DNA from: an uncultured Candidatus Saccharibacteria bacterium
Lineage (GTDB): Bacteria; Patescibacteriota; Minisyncoccia; Portnoybacterales; UBA2143
DNA length: 31,246 nucleotides
Direction of reading: 5' to 3'
Assembly (NCBI GenBank): GCA_964621945.1
Contig: CAZUOI010000001.1
Span: forward strand, 1 to 31,246
Below are positions 7,038 through 15,398 of this stretch, one piece after another. Positions within the stretch are counted from its first letter, which is position 1, and every line of letters starts with the position of its first letter. The translations under genes were made by a program, and so were the position numbers. Below the pieces are notes generated by a model, which saw nothing but the letters and a program-made list of their open reading frames with translations, made no database searches and was not told the origin of the DNA.

Positions 7038-8159
7038 ATGAAAGATTTTAGCAGTTATACTTTTGGAGAAGGCAGAACAGGTGGTGGACAATTGATTGAG
7101 TTCACCTGTGGAACCGAAGATGTAGAAATGGTTAAAGCTTTTTTAGTTGAAAATGTTAAAAACATTGAGATTCCTGTGACCGGTCGAGTGAATGTACCTC
7201 ATGGTGGTTTTGGTTGTTACACAAGATATGAAATTGTTCAGCATAAATATGCTGGCGGTGGCTATGGACCATCTTGTGGCGGTTTTATTGAGGTGTTAGA
7301 GATTAAAAACCCTCCCGAAAACAGGCATGGAATTGTTACCTATAAGGTTTTAAACGAATATGGTTCTTTTATTGAATGGGATACTTTAGACAATGCTAAA
7401 TCGGCTTTCGAAAAAGAATGGTGTAGCTCGAAAGCTGATGAAGAATTCAAAGAATTTCCAGGATTTATTCGTCAAGTAGAATGTGGCCTTTTGCAACCAT
7501 GGTTTTATGCAATTGGAGATGAAGAACTTATTAATGATTTCGCCTTTCCTGAGGGCCTTCAGGACGATTCTGTTTACCGTTTTGGCCAGAAGTTTGTAGT
7601 TACAAATCGAGAAGGATATACTGAGGTTAAGACATGTATGGGTGTTCGTTTTATCCAGAAAGAATCCGCCGATAGTTATTGCAATAGATCCGAAAAGAAA
7701 CCTGAAATTTTCCGGATTATCTGTTGGGATGATGGTACTATGACTAGGGAGGATTGTCATCAATGTAATCAAAATAGTAGTCGTCCTATAAAGAAGGATG
7801 AAATGTGGATTACAGATGCTTTTTCTCGATTCGGCGAATTATTGTCCGGAAAATCGGAAAGATTTGAGATTAAATTCACTGATGGCTATAAATTTGTTGG
7901 AAGGGTATCAAAAAACGGCAATAAAGCTAAATGTTCTCAGGGACGTTATCTCCTAAGAGTCCATTTTGAAGGTCAAAAAAATCCAGAGGAAGGATATGTA
8001 GATTTTACGCCAACGCTTGAATTTCCTGATATAATTGGCTATGTTCAACAAGCCGCTGAAAGAAAAAAGGAAAAGTTGGAGAAGATCGAAATAATAAGTA
8101 AGGAGGTTAAAAAAGGTGGAAAAAAATGGTCGGGTGTTTTTCACAAATCACCTTACTAA
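7038..8159 (+). CDS. Hypothetical soluble protein (373 aa; start 7038)
   Basis: Long ORF with SD AGGAGGT at 7025-7031, 6 nt before ATG; no family recognised; no TM segment evident. Confidence 0.82.
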   Translation: MKDFSSYTFGEGRTGGGQLIEFTCGTEDVEMVKAFLVENVKNIEIPVTGRVNVPHGGFGCYTRYEIVQHKYAGGGYGPSCGGFIEVLEIKNPPENRHGIVTYKVLNEYGSFIEWDTLDNAKSAFEKEWCSSKADEEFKEFPGFIRQVECGLLQPWFYAIGDEELINDFAFPEGLQDDSVYRFGQKFVVTNREGYTEVKTCMGVRFIQKESADSYCNRSEKKPEIFRIICWDDGTMTREDCHQCNQNSSRPIKKDEMWITDAFSRFGELLSGKSERFEIKFTDGYKFVGRVSKNGNKAKCSQGRYLLRVHFEGQKNPEEGYVDFTPTLEFPDIIGYVQQAAERKKEKLEKIEIISKEVKKGGKKWSGVFHKSPY

Positions 8160-8186
8160 ATATCTTTACAAGGATTCAAAAGACTG

Positions 8187-8236
8187 AAGCTCTAGTTGAT
8201 TAATTTTTAAAAAAATCAATTAGGGCTTTATTTTTT
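8187..8236 (+). terminator. Intrinsic terminator after the deaminase/orphan pair
   Basis: AAGCTCTAGTTGATT (8187-8201) pairs with AATCAATTAGGGCTT (8214-8228) with two G-U pairs, followed by TATTTTTT. Confidence 0.7.
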
Positions 8237-8264
8237 CACAATAATATTATAGCATTAGATTAAT

Positions 8265-9503
8265 ATGATTAATTTTCTTAAAAAAGTAGATCCAAAAATA
8301 AATAATTTAATAAAACAAGAATTTAAGCGCCATCAAGAGGGGCTTAATTTAATTGCCTCTGATAATTATACAAGCTTAGCGGTGCGAAGCGCAGTTGGAA
8401 GTATTTTAAGCGCTCGTTATGCTGAAGGATATCCTGAAAAAAGATATTATTCTGGGCAGCAATTTATTGATCAAATTGAAAAAATAGCTATTGCTAGAGC
8501 AAAGAAAGCATTTAAAGCTAATTTTGCTAATGTTCAGCCACATTCTGGTTCACAAGCAAATCAAGCTGTCTATTTTGCTTTACTTAAACCAGGCGATACT
8601 GTTTTATCAATGAAAATTGATCAAGGTGGTCATTTATCTCATGGTTCTCCAGTAAATTTTTCTGGTTCTTTGTATAATTTCATTTTTTATGGAGTTGATA
8701 AAAAAACAGAGAGAATAGACATTAAACAAGTTGAAAAAATTGCATTAAATAAAAAACCAAAATTAATTATTGTTGGAGCTTCAAGTTATCCTCGTCAAAT
8801 TGATTTTTCTAAATTTAGTAAAATAGCCAAAAAAACAGGAGCTTATTTAATGGCTGATATTGCTCATATTGCAGGTTTAGTAATAGCTAATGTTCATCCT
8901 CAACCTTTTCCTTATTGTGATGTGGTGACGATGACTACTCATAAAACGCTACGCGGAGCTCGTGGGGGATTAATTCTTTCTAAGAACAAAGAAATAGCTG
9001 AAAAAATTGATAAAGCTATTTTCCCTGGATTACAAGGCGGTCCTTTACAAAATGAAATTGCTGGCAAGGCAGTTGCCTTAAAAGAAGCGCAAGAGAAAAA
9101 ATTTGTTAGTTATCAAAAACAAGTTATTAAAAATGCTAAAATTTTAGCTAATGAATTTATTAAAAATAAATTTAATTTAGTTTCTGGCGGGACTGACAAT
9201 CATCTTATTTTAATAAATTTAACTAAATTTAATCTTTCTGGAAAAAAAGTTCAAAAAGCGTTTGAATTAGCTAATATTTATGTTAATCGCAATGTAATTC
9301 CTTACGATACCCGTTCTAAATGGGAAACTTCTGGAATTAGGATTGGCACACCGGCTGTTACATCTAAAGGATTAAAAGAAAAAGAAATGAAACAAATTAC
9401 TTCTTTTGTTATAAGAATAATTAAAAATATTGATAATAAAAAAATAATCCAAGAAGTTAAAAAAGAAGTTATTAAATTAGCTAAAAAATTTCCCGTTTTA
9501 TAA
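8265..9503 (+). CDS. glyA: Serine hydroxymethyltransferase
   Basis: YAEGYPEKRYY, NVQPHSGSQAN, GGHLSHG, TTHKTLRG (PLP lysine), SGIRIGTPA. Confidence 0.98.
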   Translation: MINFLKKVDPKINNLIKQEFKRHQEGLNLIASDNYTSLAVRSAVGSILSARYAEGYPEKRYYSGQQFIDQIEKIAIARAKKAFKANFANVQPHSGSQANQAVYFALLKPGDTVLSMKIDQGGHLSHGSPVNFSGSLYNFIFYGVDKKTERIDIKQVEKIALNKKPKLIIVGASSYPRQIDFSKFSKIAKKTGAYLMADIAHIAGLVIANVHPQPFPYCDVVTMTTHKTLRGARGGLILSKNKEIAEKIDKAIFPGLQGGPLQNEIAGKAVALKEAQEKKFVSYQKQVIKNAKILANEFIKNKFNLVSGGTDNHLILINLTKFNLSGKKVQKAFELANIYVNRNVIPYDTRSKWETSGIRIGTPAVTSKGLKEKEMKQITSFVIRIIKNIDNKKIIQEVKKEVIKLAKKFPVL

Positions 9504-9504
9504 A

Positions 9505-10290
9505 ATGAAAATTATTAATTGCAAAAAAATAGCTAATAATATTTTAGCTAAATTAAAAAAAGAAATTGAGAAGCGAAACATTAAGCCGCGATTAGCTGTA
9601 ATTCTTGTTGGTAATGATCCAGCATCGTATTTATATGTTAAAATAAAAGAGAAAACAGGACAGAGTATAGGGATTGAGGTAGAAAAGCATTTTTTATCTA
9701 AAAAAATAGAAGAAGAAAAAATTATAAATCTTATTAATTCTTTAAATAAGAATAGTAAAATAAATGGCATTCTGGTTCAGTTACCATTGCCTCAAAGTTT
9801 TTCAGCTGATAGAATTATTAAAGAAATTAGTATTGAAAAAGATATAGATGGTTTTTTGCTCGAAAGCAAATTTAATTCTCCTTTTATTCTAGCCATTTAT
9901 GAAGCGATTAAAGCCACAAAAGAAAATTTAAAAGATAAAAAAATAATTGCTTTAGTAAATTCAGATGTTTTTGGAGGGAAATTAATGCAATTTTTTAATA
10001 AAGAGAATTTGACGTTGTGGGTAGTTCCCGATAAATTGGGAGATCTTCCACAGCTAAAAGAATTCGATATCTTAATTACTGCTTTAGGCCAGCCAGAAAT
10101 AATTAAAGGCAATATGATAAAAAATGGTGCTATTCTAATTGATGGCGGGATTAGTAAGAAAAATGGTAAAATAATTGGAGATATTGATATGGAGAGCGTT
10201 AAGAATAAAGCAAAATGGCTTTCTCCTGTGCCTGGCGGCTTAGGGCCATTAACAGTTGCTTTTTTATTAAGAAATGCTATAAAGACATAA
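9505..10290 (+). CDS. folD: FolD-family methylenetetrahydrofolate dehydrogenase/cyclohydrolase, divergent
   Basis: LAVILVGNDPASYLYVKIK, GILVQLPLP, KDIDG, PVPGGLGPLTVAFL. Confidence 0.9.
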   Translation: MKIINCKKIANNILAKLKKEIEKRNIKPRLAVILVGNDPASYLYVKIKEKTGQSIGIEVEKHFLSKKIEEEKIINLINSLNKNSKINGILVQLPLPQSFSADRIIKEISIEKDIDGFLLESKFNSPFILAIYEAIKATKENLKDKKIIALVNSDVFGGKLMQFFNKENLTLWVVPDKLGDLPQLKEFDILITALGQPEIIKGNMIKNGAILIDGGISKKNGKIIGDIDMESVKNKAKWLSPVPGGLGPLTVAFLLRNAIKT

Positions 10291-10292
10291 AT

Positions 10293-11747
10293 ATGAAATA
10301 TATACCAGTTATTGGGTTAGAAATACATGCCGAATTAAAAACAGAGAGCAAAATGTTCTGTGATTGTTTAAATGATCCTGAAGAAAAAGTACCAAATATT
10401 AATATTTGTCCGATTTGCATGGGTCATCCTGGAACGCTACCCGTGATTAATAATAAAGCCGTTGAATTTGTTGTTAAAACAGCCTTGTCTTTAAATTGTC
10501 AGATTCCTGAATTTTCAAGATTTGATCGTAAAAATTATTTTTATCCTGATTTGCCAAAAGCGTATCAAATTTCTCAGCTTTACGCTCCTCTTTCAGTAAA
10601 AGGATTTTTAAATACTAATGGGAAGAAAATAAGAATCAAGGAAATTCATTTAGAGGAAGATACTGGGAAATTAACTCACCTCCAAGGGAAAGATTGCTCA
10701 TTGGTTGATTTTAATCGTGCTGGAAGGCCATTAATGGAATTAGTTACTGAACCAGATATTGCTCTTGGCAAAGAAGCAAGACAATTTTGTGAAGAATTAA
10801 GATTAATTTTTCGTTATTTAGATGTTTCGGAAGCTAATATGGAAAAAGGACAAATGCGTTGTGAAGTTAATATTTCTTTAAGATCAAATAAAAAAGAATT
10901 AGGCACTAAAGTAGAAATTAAAAATCTTAATTCTTTTCGAGCTGTTGAGCGTTCTGTCAATTATGAAATCAAGAGACAAGCAGAATTGCTAGATTCGGGA
11001 GATAAGATTATTCAAGAGACAAGAGGTTGGGATGAAAATAAGCAAATAACTTTTTCTCAACGTACAAAAGAAGAAGCGCAGGAATATCGTTATTTTCCTG
11101 AACCAGATTTGCCTCCGCTAGTTAATATGTCTGCGGTTAGCACTAAAGTTTCTTCTGAATTGCCTGAGTTGCCTCAAGCAAAAAGAGAAAGATTTCTTGG
11201 CGAATATAAATTACCTCAATCAGATATAGATGTTTTAGTTAGTAATAAAAAATTGGCTGATTATTTTGAACAAGTAATTTCTGAATTAAAAACATGGTTG
11301 AAAATAAAGTCTATTGACAATAAGCAAGCGCTTATTAAATTAACTGTTAATTATTTATTAACTGAATTACAAAAATTGCTTACTGATAGTAATTTGAAAA
11401 TAGAAAATTGTAAAATTAGTCCTGAGAATTTTGCTGAATTTATAACCTTAATTGAACAAAAAGAAATTTCGAGTTCAGCTGCCCAGACAGTTTTGAAGGA
11501 AATGTTAAAAACAGGAGCAGACCCTTCTAATATTGTAGATGATAAAAAATTAAAACAAGTTAGCGACGAAGATGCTTTATCTAAAATAGTTAAGCAGGTT
11601 ATTAATGATAATCCAAAACCAGTTGGCGATTATAAGGCAGGCAAAGAAAACGCTTTGCAATTTTTAGTTGGCAAGGTTATGGGAGCAAGTAAAGGACAGG
11701 CAAACCCAGAGGTAGTTAGAGAATTATTAATAAAACAACTGGATTAA
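10293..11747 (+). CDS. gatB: Asp/Glu-tRNA amidotransferase subunit B (start 10293)
   Basis: VIGLEIHAEL, FDRKNYFYPDLPKAYQISQ, HLEEDTGK, YRYFPEPDL, C-terminal YqeY-like domain. Confidence 0.97.
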   Translation: MKYIPVIGLEIHAELKTESKMFCDCLNDPEEKVPNINICPICMGHPGTLPVINNKAVEFVVKTALSLNCQIPEFSRFDRKNYFYPDLPKAYQISQLYAPLSVKGFLNTNGKKIRIKEIHLEEDTGKLTHLQGKDCSLVDFNRAGRPLMELVTEPDIALGKEARQFCEELRLIFRYLDVSEANMEKGQMRCEVNISLRSNKKELGTKVEIKNLNSFRAVERSVNYEIKRQAELLDSGDKIIQETRGWDENKQITFSQRTKEEAQEYRYFPEPDLPPLVNMSAVSTKVSSELPELPQAKRERFLGEYKLPQSDIDVLVSNKKLADYFEQVISELKTWLKIKSIDNKQALIKLTVNYLLTELQKLLTDSNLKIENCKISPENFAEFITLIEQKEISSSAAQTVLKEMLKTGADPSNIVDDKKLKQVSDEDALSKIVKQVINDNPKPVGDYKAGKENALQFLVGKVMGASKGQANPEVVRELLIKQLD

Positions 11748-12614
11748 TTTCTCAGCTTGAGAATAATTTTTAATCCATTTAATTTTTTTATCTCTTTTAA
11801 ACCAAGTTATTTGTCTTTTTGCGTATTGGCGTGTATGTATTTTTATTAATTCTTTAACTTCTTCTAAAGTTATTTTATTTTTTAAGTATAAAATAACTTC
11901 CTGATATCCAATACCGCTCATTGAATATGGCTTACTGCCATATTTTTTTAATAGTTTTTTATTTTCCTCAATTAATCCACTCCTAATCATTTTTTTAGTT
12001 CTCTGACTTATTTTCTGTTCTAGGTTTCTTGTATCTAATTTAAGACCAATTTGTAAGATGTCAAAAATTGGCTTATTTTTTTTTCTTTGTTCTGAAAAAG
12101 GTTTTTTAGTTAATAAACAAATTTCTAAAGCTCTAATTAATCTTCTTTTATTTTTTATATCAATAATTTTTAAAGCTTGAGGATCTAGTTTTTTTAATTT
12201 ATTAACTAATTCTTGATTAGTTAATTTCTCTAATCTATTTCTTAATTTTTTATTTGGTTTAGTTTCTGGAATTTTTAAATTATCAACAATTGATTGGATG
12301 TATAAGCCAGTGCCACCAACTAAAAATGGAAGCTTATTTCTTCTTTGAATATCTTTAATAATTTTTATTGTTTTTTTCTGAAATTGAGCTAAGGTGAAAT
12401 TATTATCTGGCTTAACAATATCAATCATATAATGAGGGATATTAGACATTTCTTCTTTTGTTATCTTAGCTGTTCCTATATTCATTTCTTTATATATCTG
12501 ACGTGAATCAGCTGAAATAATTTCCCCATCGAATTTTTTACAAAGTTTAACAGCCAGGTCTGATTTACCTGAAGCAGTTGGTCCAAGGATTGTTATTAGT
12601 TTGTTATGTCGCAT
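11727..12614 (-). CDS. miaA: tRNA dimethylallyltransferase
   Basis: GPTASGKS, ISADSRQIY, VGGTGLY, GIGYQE, YAKRQITWF. Confidence 0.97.
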   Translation of the reverse strand: MRHNKLITILGPTASGKSDLAVKLCKKFDGEIISADSRQIYKEMNIGTAKITKEEMSNIPHYMIDIVKPDNNFTLAQFQKKTIKIIKDIQRRNKLPFLVGGTGLYIQSIVDNLKIPETKPNKKLRNRLEKLTNQELVNKLKKLDPQALKIIDIKNKRRLIRALEICLLTKKPFSEQRKKNKPIFDILQIGLKLDTRNLEQKISQRTKKMIRSGLIEENKKLLKKYGSKPYSMSGIGYQEVILYLKNKITLEEVKELIKIHTRQYAKRQITWFKRDKKIKWIKNYSQAEKLIQLFY

Positions 12615-13615
12615 GATGATTTTATAAGATCTAAAATAACTCTTTTTCTCTTTATTTTTTCGTTATCTGGGACATTATTCTCTAATTTAGACGCAGCTGT
12701 TCCTAATCTAGGAGAATAACGAGCTGTATAAATTTGCTTAAAATTCATTTCTTTAACTAATTTAACTGTATTTTCAAATTGTTTCTCTGTTTCTCCTGGA
12801 AATCCTACAATAATATCAGTTGAGATGATTGCTTTGGGAATTTCCTTATATATATTTTTTATTAATTTTCTATAATCTCCAACCGTATATCCACGGTTCA
12901 TTTTTTTTAAAATTATGTTATCTCCAGACTGAACTGGCAAATGAATCTCTTTAGAGATTTTTTTATTTTCAGCAATTGTTTTAATTAATTGATCAGACAT
13001 ATCTTTAGGGTGGGAAGTCATAAATTTAATCTGAAAATCTCCAGAGAGATTACTAATAGTTTGAAGTAATTTTGGAAAACCGAATTTGTAACTATTCACA
13101 TTCTGTCCTAATAAAGTAATTTCTTTATAATCACTCTTAATTAATCTTTTAACCTCTTTGATAACTTCATCGGCAGGTCTAGATTTTTCTCTGCCTCTTG
13201 TATATGGAACAGCGCAATAAGAACAAAAATTATTACAGCCAGTCATAATTGGAACATAAGCGCATTTGAGCGATCTGCCCTGTATTAGGTGGGGTAAATA
13301 TTTTGTTTCTGCTTTAAAACTAATAATGGGCCATATTTCATTAATTTGTTCCTTGAATTGTTTTTTATCTTTTTCTAGAATACATCCAGTTAGAACTATT
13401 TTTGCTTTAGGATTGATAGAACGTATTTTCTTTATTTTACTATAGACCCTATCTATGGCTGATTGTCTAACAGAACAAATATTGATCACTATTAAATCAG
13501 CTATTTCTATTTTTTTAGTAAATTTGTATTTTTTATTCTCTAATTTGGCGGCTAGTCGTTCTGAATCTGATTCATTCATTTGACAGCCATAAGTAATAAT
13601 ATGATATTTTTTCAT
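12596..13615 (-). CDS. miaB: MiaB-type radical SAM methylthiotransferase lacking the C-terminal TRAM domain
   Basis: TYGCQMNESDSE, NICSVR, TGC, CNNFCSYC, HLPVQSG, STDIIVGFPGET, YSPRLGT; adjacent to miaA. Confidence 0.88.
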   Translation of the reverse strand: MKKYHIITYGCQMNESDSERLAAKLENKKYKFTKKIEIADLIVINICSVRQSAIDRVYSKIKKIRSINPKAKIVLTGCILEKDKKQFKEQINEIWPIISFKAETKYLPHLIQGRSLKCAYVPIMTGCNNFCSYCAVPYTRGREKSRPADEVIKEVKRLIKSDYKEITLLGQNVNSYKFGFPKLLQTISNLSGDFQIKFMTSHPKDMSDQLIKTIAENKKISKEIHLPVQSGDNIILKKMNRGYTVGDYRKLIKNIYKEIPKAIISTDIIVGFPGETEKQFENTVKLVKEMNFKQIYTARYSPRLGTAASKLENNVPDNEKIKRKRVILDLIKSSCDITN

Positions 13616-13622
13616 TTGTATT

Positions 13623-13651
13623 TTGTATCATATCTAAAAATATTGTATAAT
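13623..13651 (+). promoter_or_regulatory. Promoter of the GT2-to-rnhA operon, nearly leaderless
   Basis: TTGTAT (13623-13628), 17 nt, TATAAT (13646-13651); ATG only 8 nt further. Confidence 0.55.
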
Positions 13652-13659
13652 ACAAGCAT

Positions 13660-14394
13660 ATGGAAAAAATTTATTTGTCAGTAATTATACCAGCCTATAA
13701 CGAAGAGAAACGTATTAGTAACACATTGCTTGATATCGATAAATATTTAACAGGCCAGGATTATTCTTATGAGATTATTGTTGTCAGTGATGGTTCAAAA
13801 GATAAAACAGCTGCTATCGTCAAGAAATTTTCAGATTTAATTAAAAATTTAAAATTAATTGATAATAAGGAAAATCATGGAAAAGGCTGGGTTGTTAGGC
13901 AAGGCATGTTAGAGGCCAAGGGACAACATCGTGTTTTTATGGATGCTGATAATGCAACAACAATAGATCATTTTGAAAAAATGATACCTCTTTTTAAACA
14001 AGGTTTTAAAGTAGTTATCGGTTCTCGTGATAGTAAAGATGCAGAAGGCGCAAAACAAGCCGTCGCCCAGTCATTTTTAAAAAGACAATTAGGTAATTTT
14101 GGTAACATTTTAATTCAATTGCTTGCTGTTTCGAGTATTTGGGATACACAATGCGGATTCAAAGCTTTTACTGGCAAAACAGCTAATGATATTTTTGGAA
14201 GATGTTTAATTGATAAATGGGGTTTTGATATTGAAGCGTTGGCAATAGCGAGAAAGCTTGGTTATAAGATAGGAATAATTCCAGTTAACTGGGTTAATGA
14301 TCCACATAGTAAAGTTAGCCTTAAGGGATATTTAAATACTTTTCGTGAATTATTTAAAATTAAATGGAATTTGATTACAAAAAAATATGATTAG
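13660..14394 (+). CDS. GT2 polyprenyl-phosphate glycosyltransferase (Alg5/DPM1-like)
   Basis: SVIIPAYNEE, VSDGSKD, NHGKG..VRQG, FMDAD, IGSR, DTQCGFK, FDIE. Confidence 0.9.
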   Translation: MEKIYLSVIIPAYNEEKRISNTLLDIDKYLTGQDYSYEIIVVSDGSKDKTAAIVKKFSDLIKNLKLIDNKENHGKGWVVRQGMLEAKGQHRVFMDADNATTIDHFEKMIPLFKQGFKVVIGSRDSKDAEGAKQAVAQSFLKRQLGNFGNILIQLLAVSSIWDTQCGFKAFTGKTANDIFGRCLIDKWGFDIEALAIARKLGYKIGIIPVNWVNDPHSKVSLKGYLNTFRELFKIKWNLITKKYD

Positions 14395-15394
14395 TAAAAA
14401 AAGTAAGAAAAAATTTCCTTCAGAATTAAGAATGGATTTAGTCTCTAATGACTGGGTCATTATCGCCACTGGTCGTTCGCGTCGTCCAGAATCTTTTTCT
14501 AAAGATAGTAAAAAGAAAACAATTAATTCTAAAAAAAATTGTCCGTTTTGTAATGAAGAAAATATTAAAGAAAAAATAGCCAGAAGAGATAAAAAAGATG
14601 GTTCTTGGTTTGTTATTTCAATTCCGAATAAATACCCAGCTCTTTTAGCAAGCAACGAATTAAAAGAAAGAAAACAAGGTCCTAATAGGATTATGGATGG
14701 TGTTGGCTATCATGAAGTTGTTATTACATCCGACCACAAAAGACAAATGGCGCAATTTACTCCAAAAGAAATGGAAATGGTTGTTGATTTATATCAATCA
14801 AGATATCTGGATTTAATAGATAAAAAATTTATTAAGTATGTTTCTATTTTTCATAATCATGGCAAAAAAGCAGGCGCTTCAGTAGCTCATCCTCATTCTC
14901 AGATAATGGCTATTCCAGCGATAGACCCCGATTTAAGAGGAAGTATGGAAGGAGCGGAAGCATTTTACAGGAGCCAAGGCAAATGTGTTTATTGCGAGAT
15001 GATTGAATGGGACATGAAAGATAAACAAAGGATTGTTTATGAAAACGAAAAATTTGTTGTCCTTTGTCCCTTTGCTTCACAGGTTGCTTTTGAAACAAGA
15101 GTTTATCCAAAAGAACATCAGCCTTATTTTGAAAAAATAACCGAGAGTGATAAGGTTTTTTTTGCTGATGCTTTACAAAAAGCGCTTAATAAGATTTATA
15201 AGGCATTAAACAATCCTCCTTATAACTTTTATATCCATACAGCTCCTTCAAATGAAGAGAGTCATGATAATTATCATTGGCATTTGAATATTCTTCCAAG
15301 AACATCAAGCTGGGCTGGTTTTGAACTTGGAGCCGGTATAGAAATAAGTATTATTGAACCAGAAAAAGCAGCTGAATTTTTAAGAAAACAGTAA
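14387..15394 (+). CDS. galT: GalT-like HIT-superfamily nucleotidyltransferase (sugar-1-phosphate uridylyl/adenylyltransferase)
   Basis: ELRMDLVSNDWVIIATGRSRRP, CPFC, NKYPA, GYHEVV, GASVAHPHSQI, YHWH, AGFELG. Confidence 0.85.
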   Translation: MISKKSKKKFPSELRMDLVSNDWVIIATGRSRRPESFSKDSKKKTINSKKNCPFCNEENIKEKIARRDKKDGSWFVISIPNKYPALLASNELKERKQGPNRIMDGVGYHEVVITSDHKRQMAQFTPKEMEMVVDLYQSRYLDLIDKKFIKYVSIFHNHGKKAGASVAHPHSQIMAIPAIDPDLRGSMEGAEAFYRSQGKCVYCEMIEWDMKDKQRIVYENEKFVVLCPFASQVAFETRVYPKEHQPYFEKITESDKVFFADALQKALNKIYKALNNPPYNFYIHTAPSNEESHDNYHWHLNILPRTSSWAGFELGAGIEISIIEPEKAAEFLRKQ

Positions 15395-15398
15395 GAAT

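Noticed and set aside
6190-8144. Minus-strand ORFs 6190..6639, 6587..6928, 6804..7091, 7386..7772 and 7953..8144
   Set aside because: Antisense to better-supported genes with SD sites; low-complexity Ser/Phe/Ile content typical of shadows. An antisense RNA cannot be excluded, but nothing supports one.
6404-8175. TTTA(T/C)AAGG at both ends of the insert as a target-site duplication
   Set aside because: Short, imperfect and AT-rich, so expected by chance; no recombinase nearby.
8355-8370. GlyA ASDNY instead of ASENY
   Set aside because: Conservative change; the catalytic YAEG glutamate and PLP lysine are intact.
2621-10292. Longer starts in the ORF track (2621, 5119, 6987, 10215; also 25407)
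   Set aside because: The extensions overlap upstream genes or hairpins and precede the family-typical N-terminus or the SD-supported ATG.
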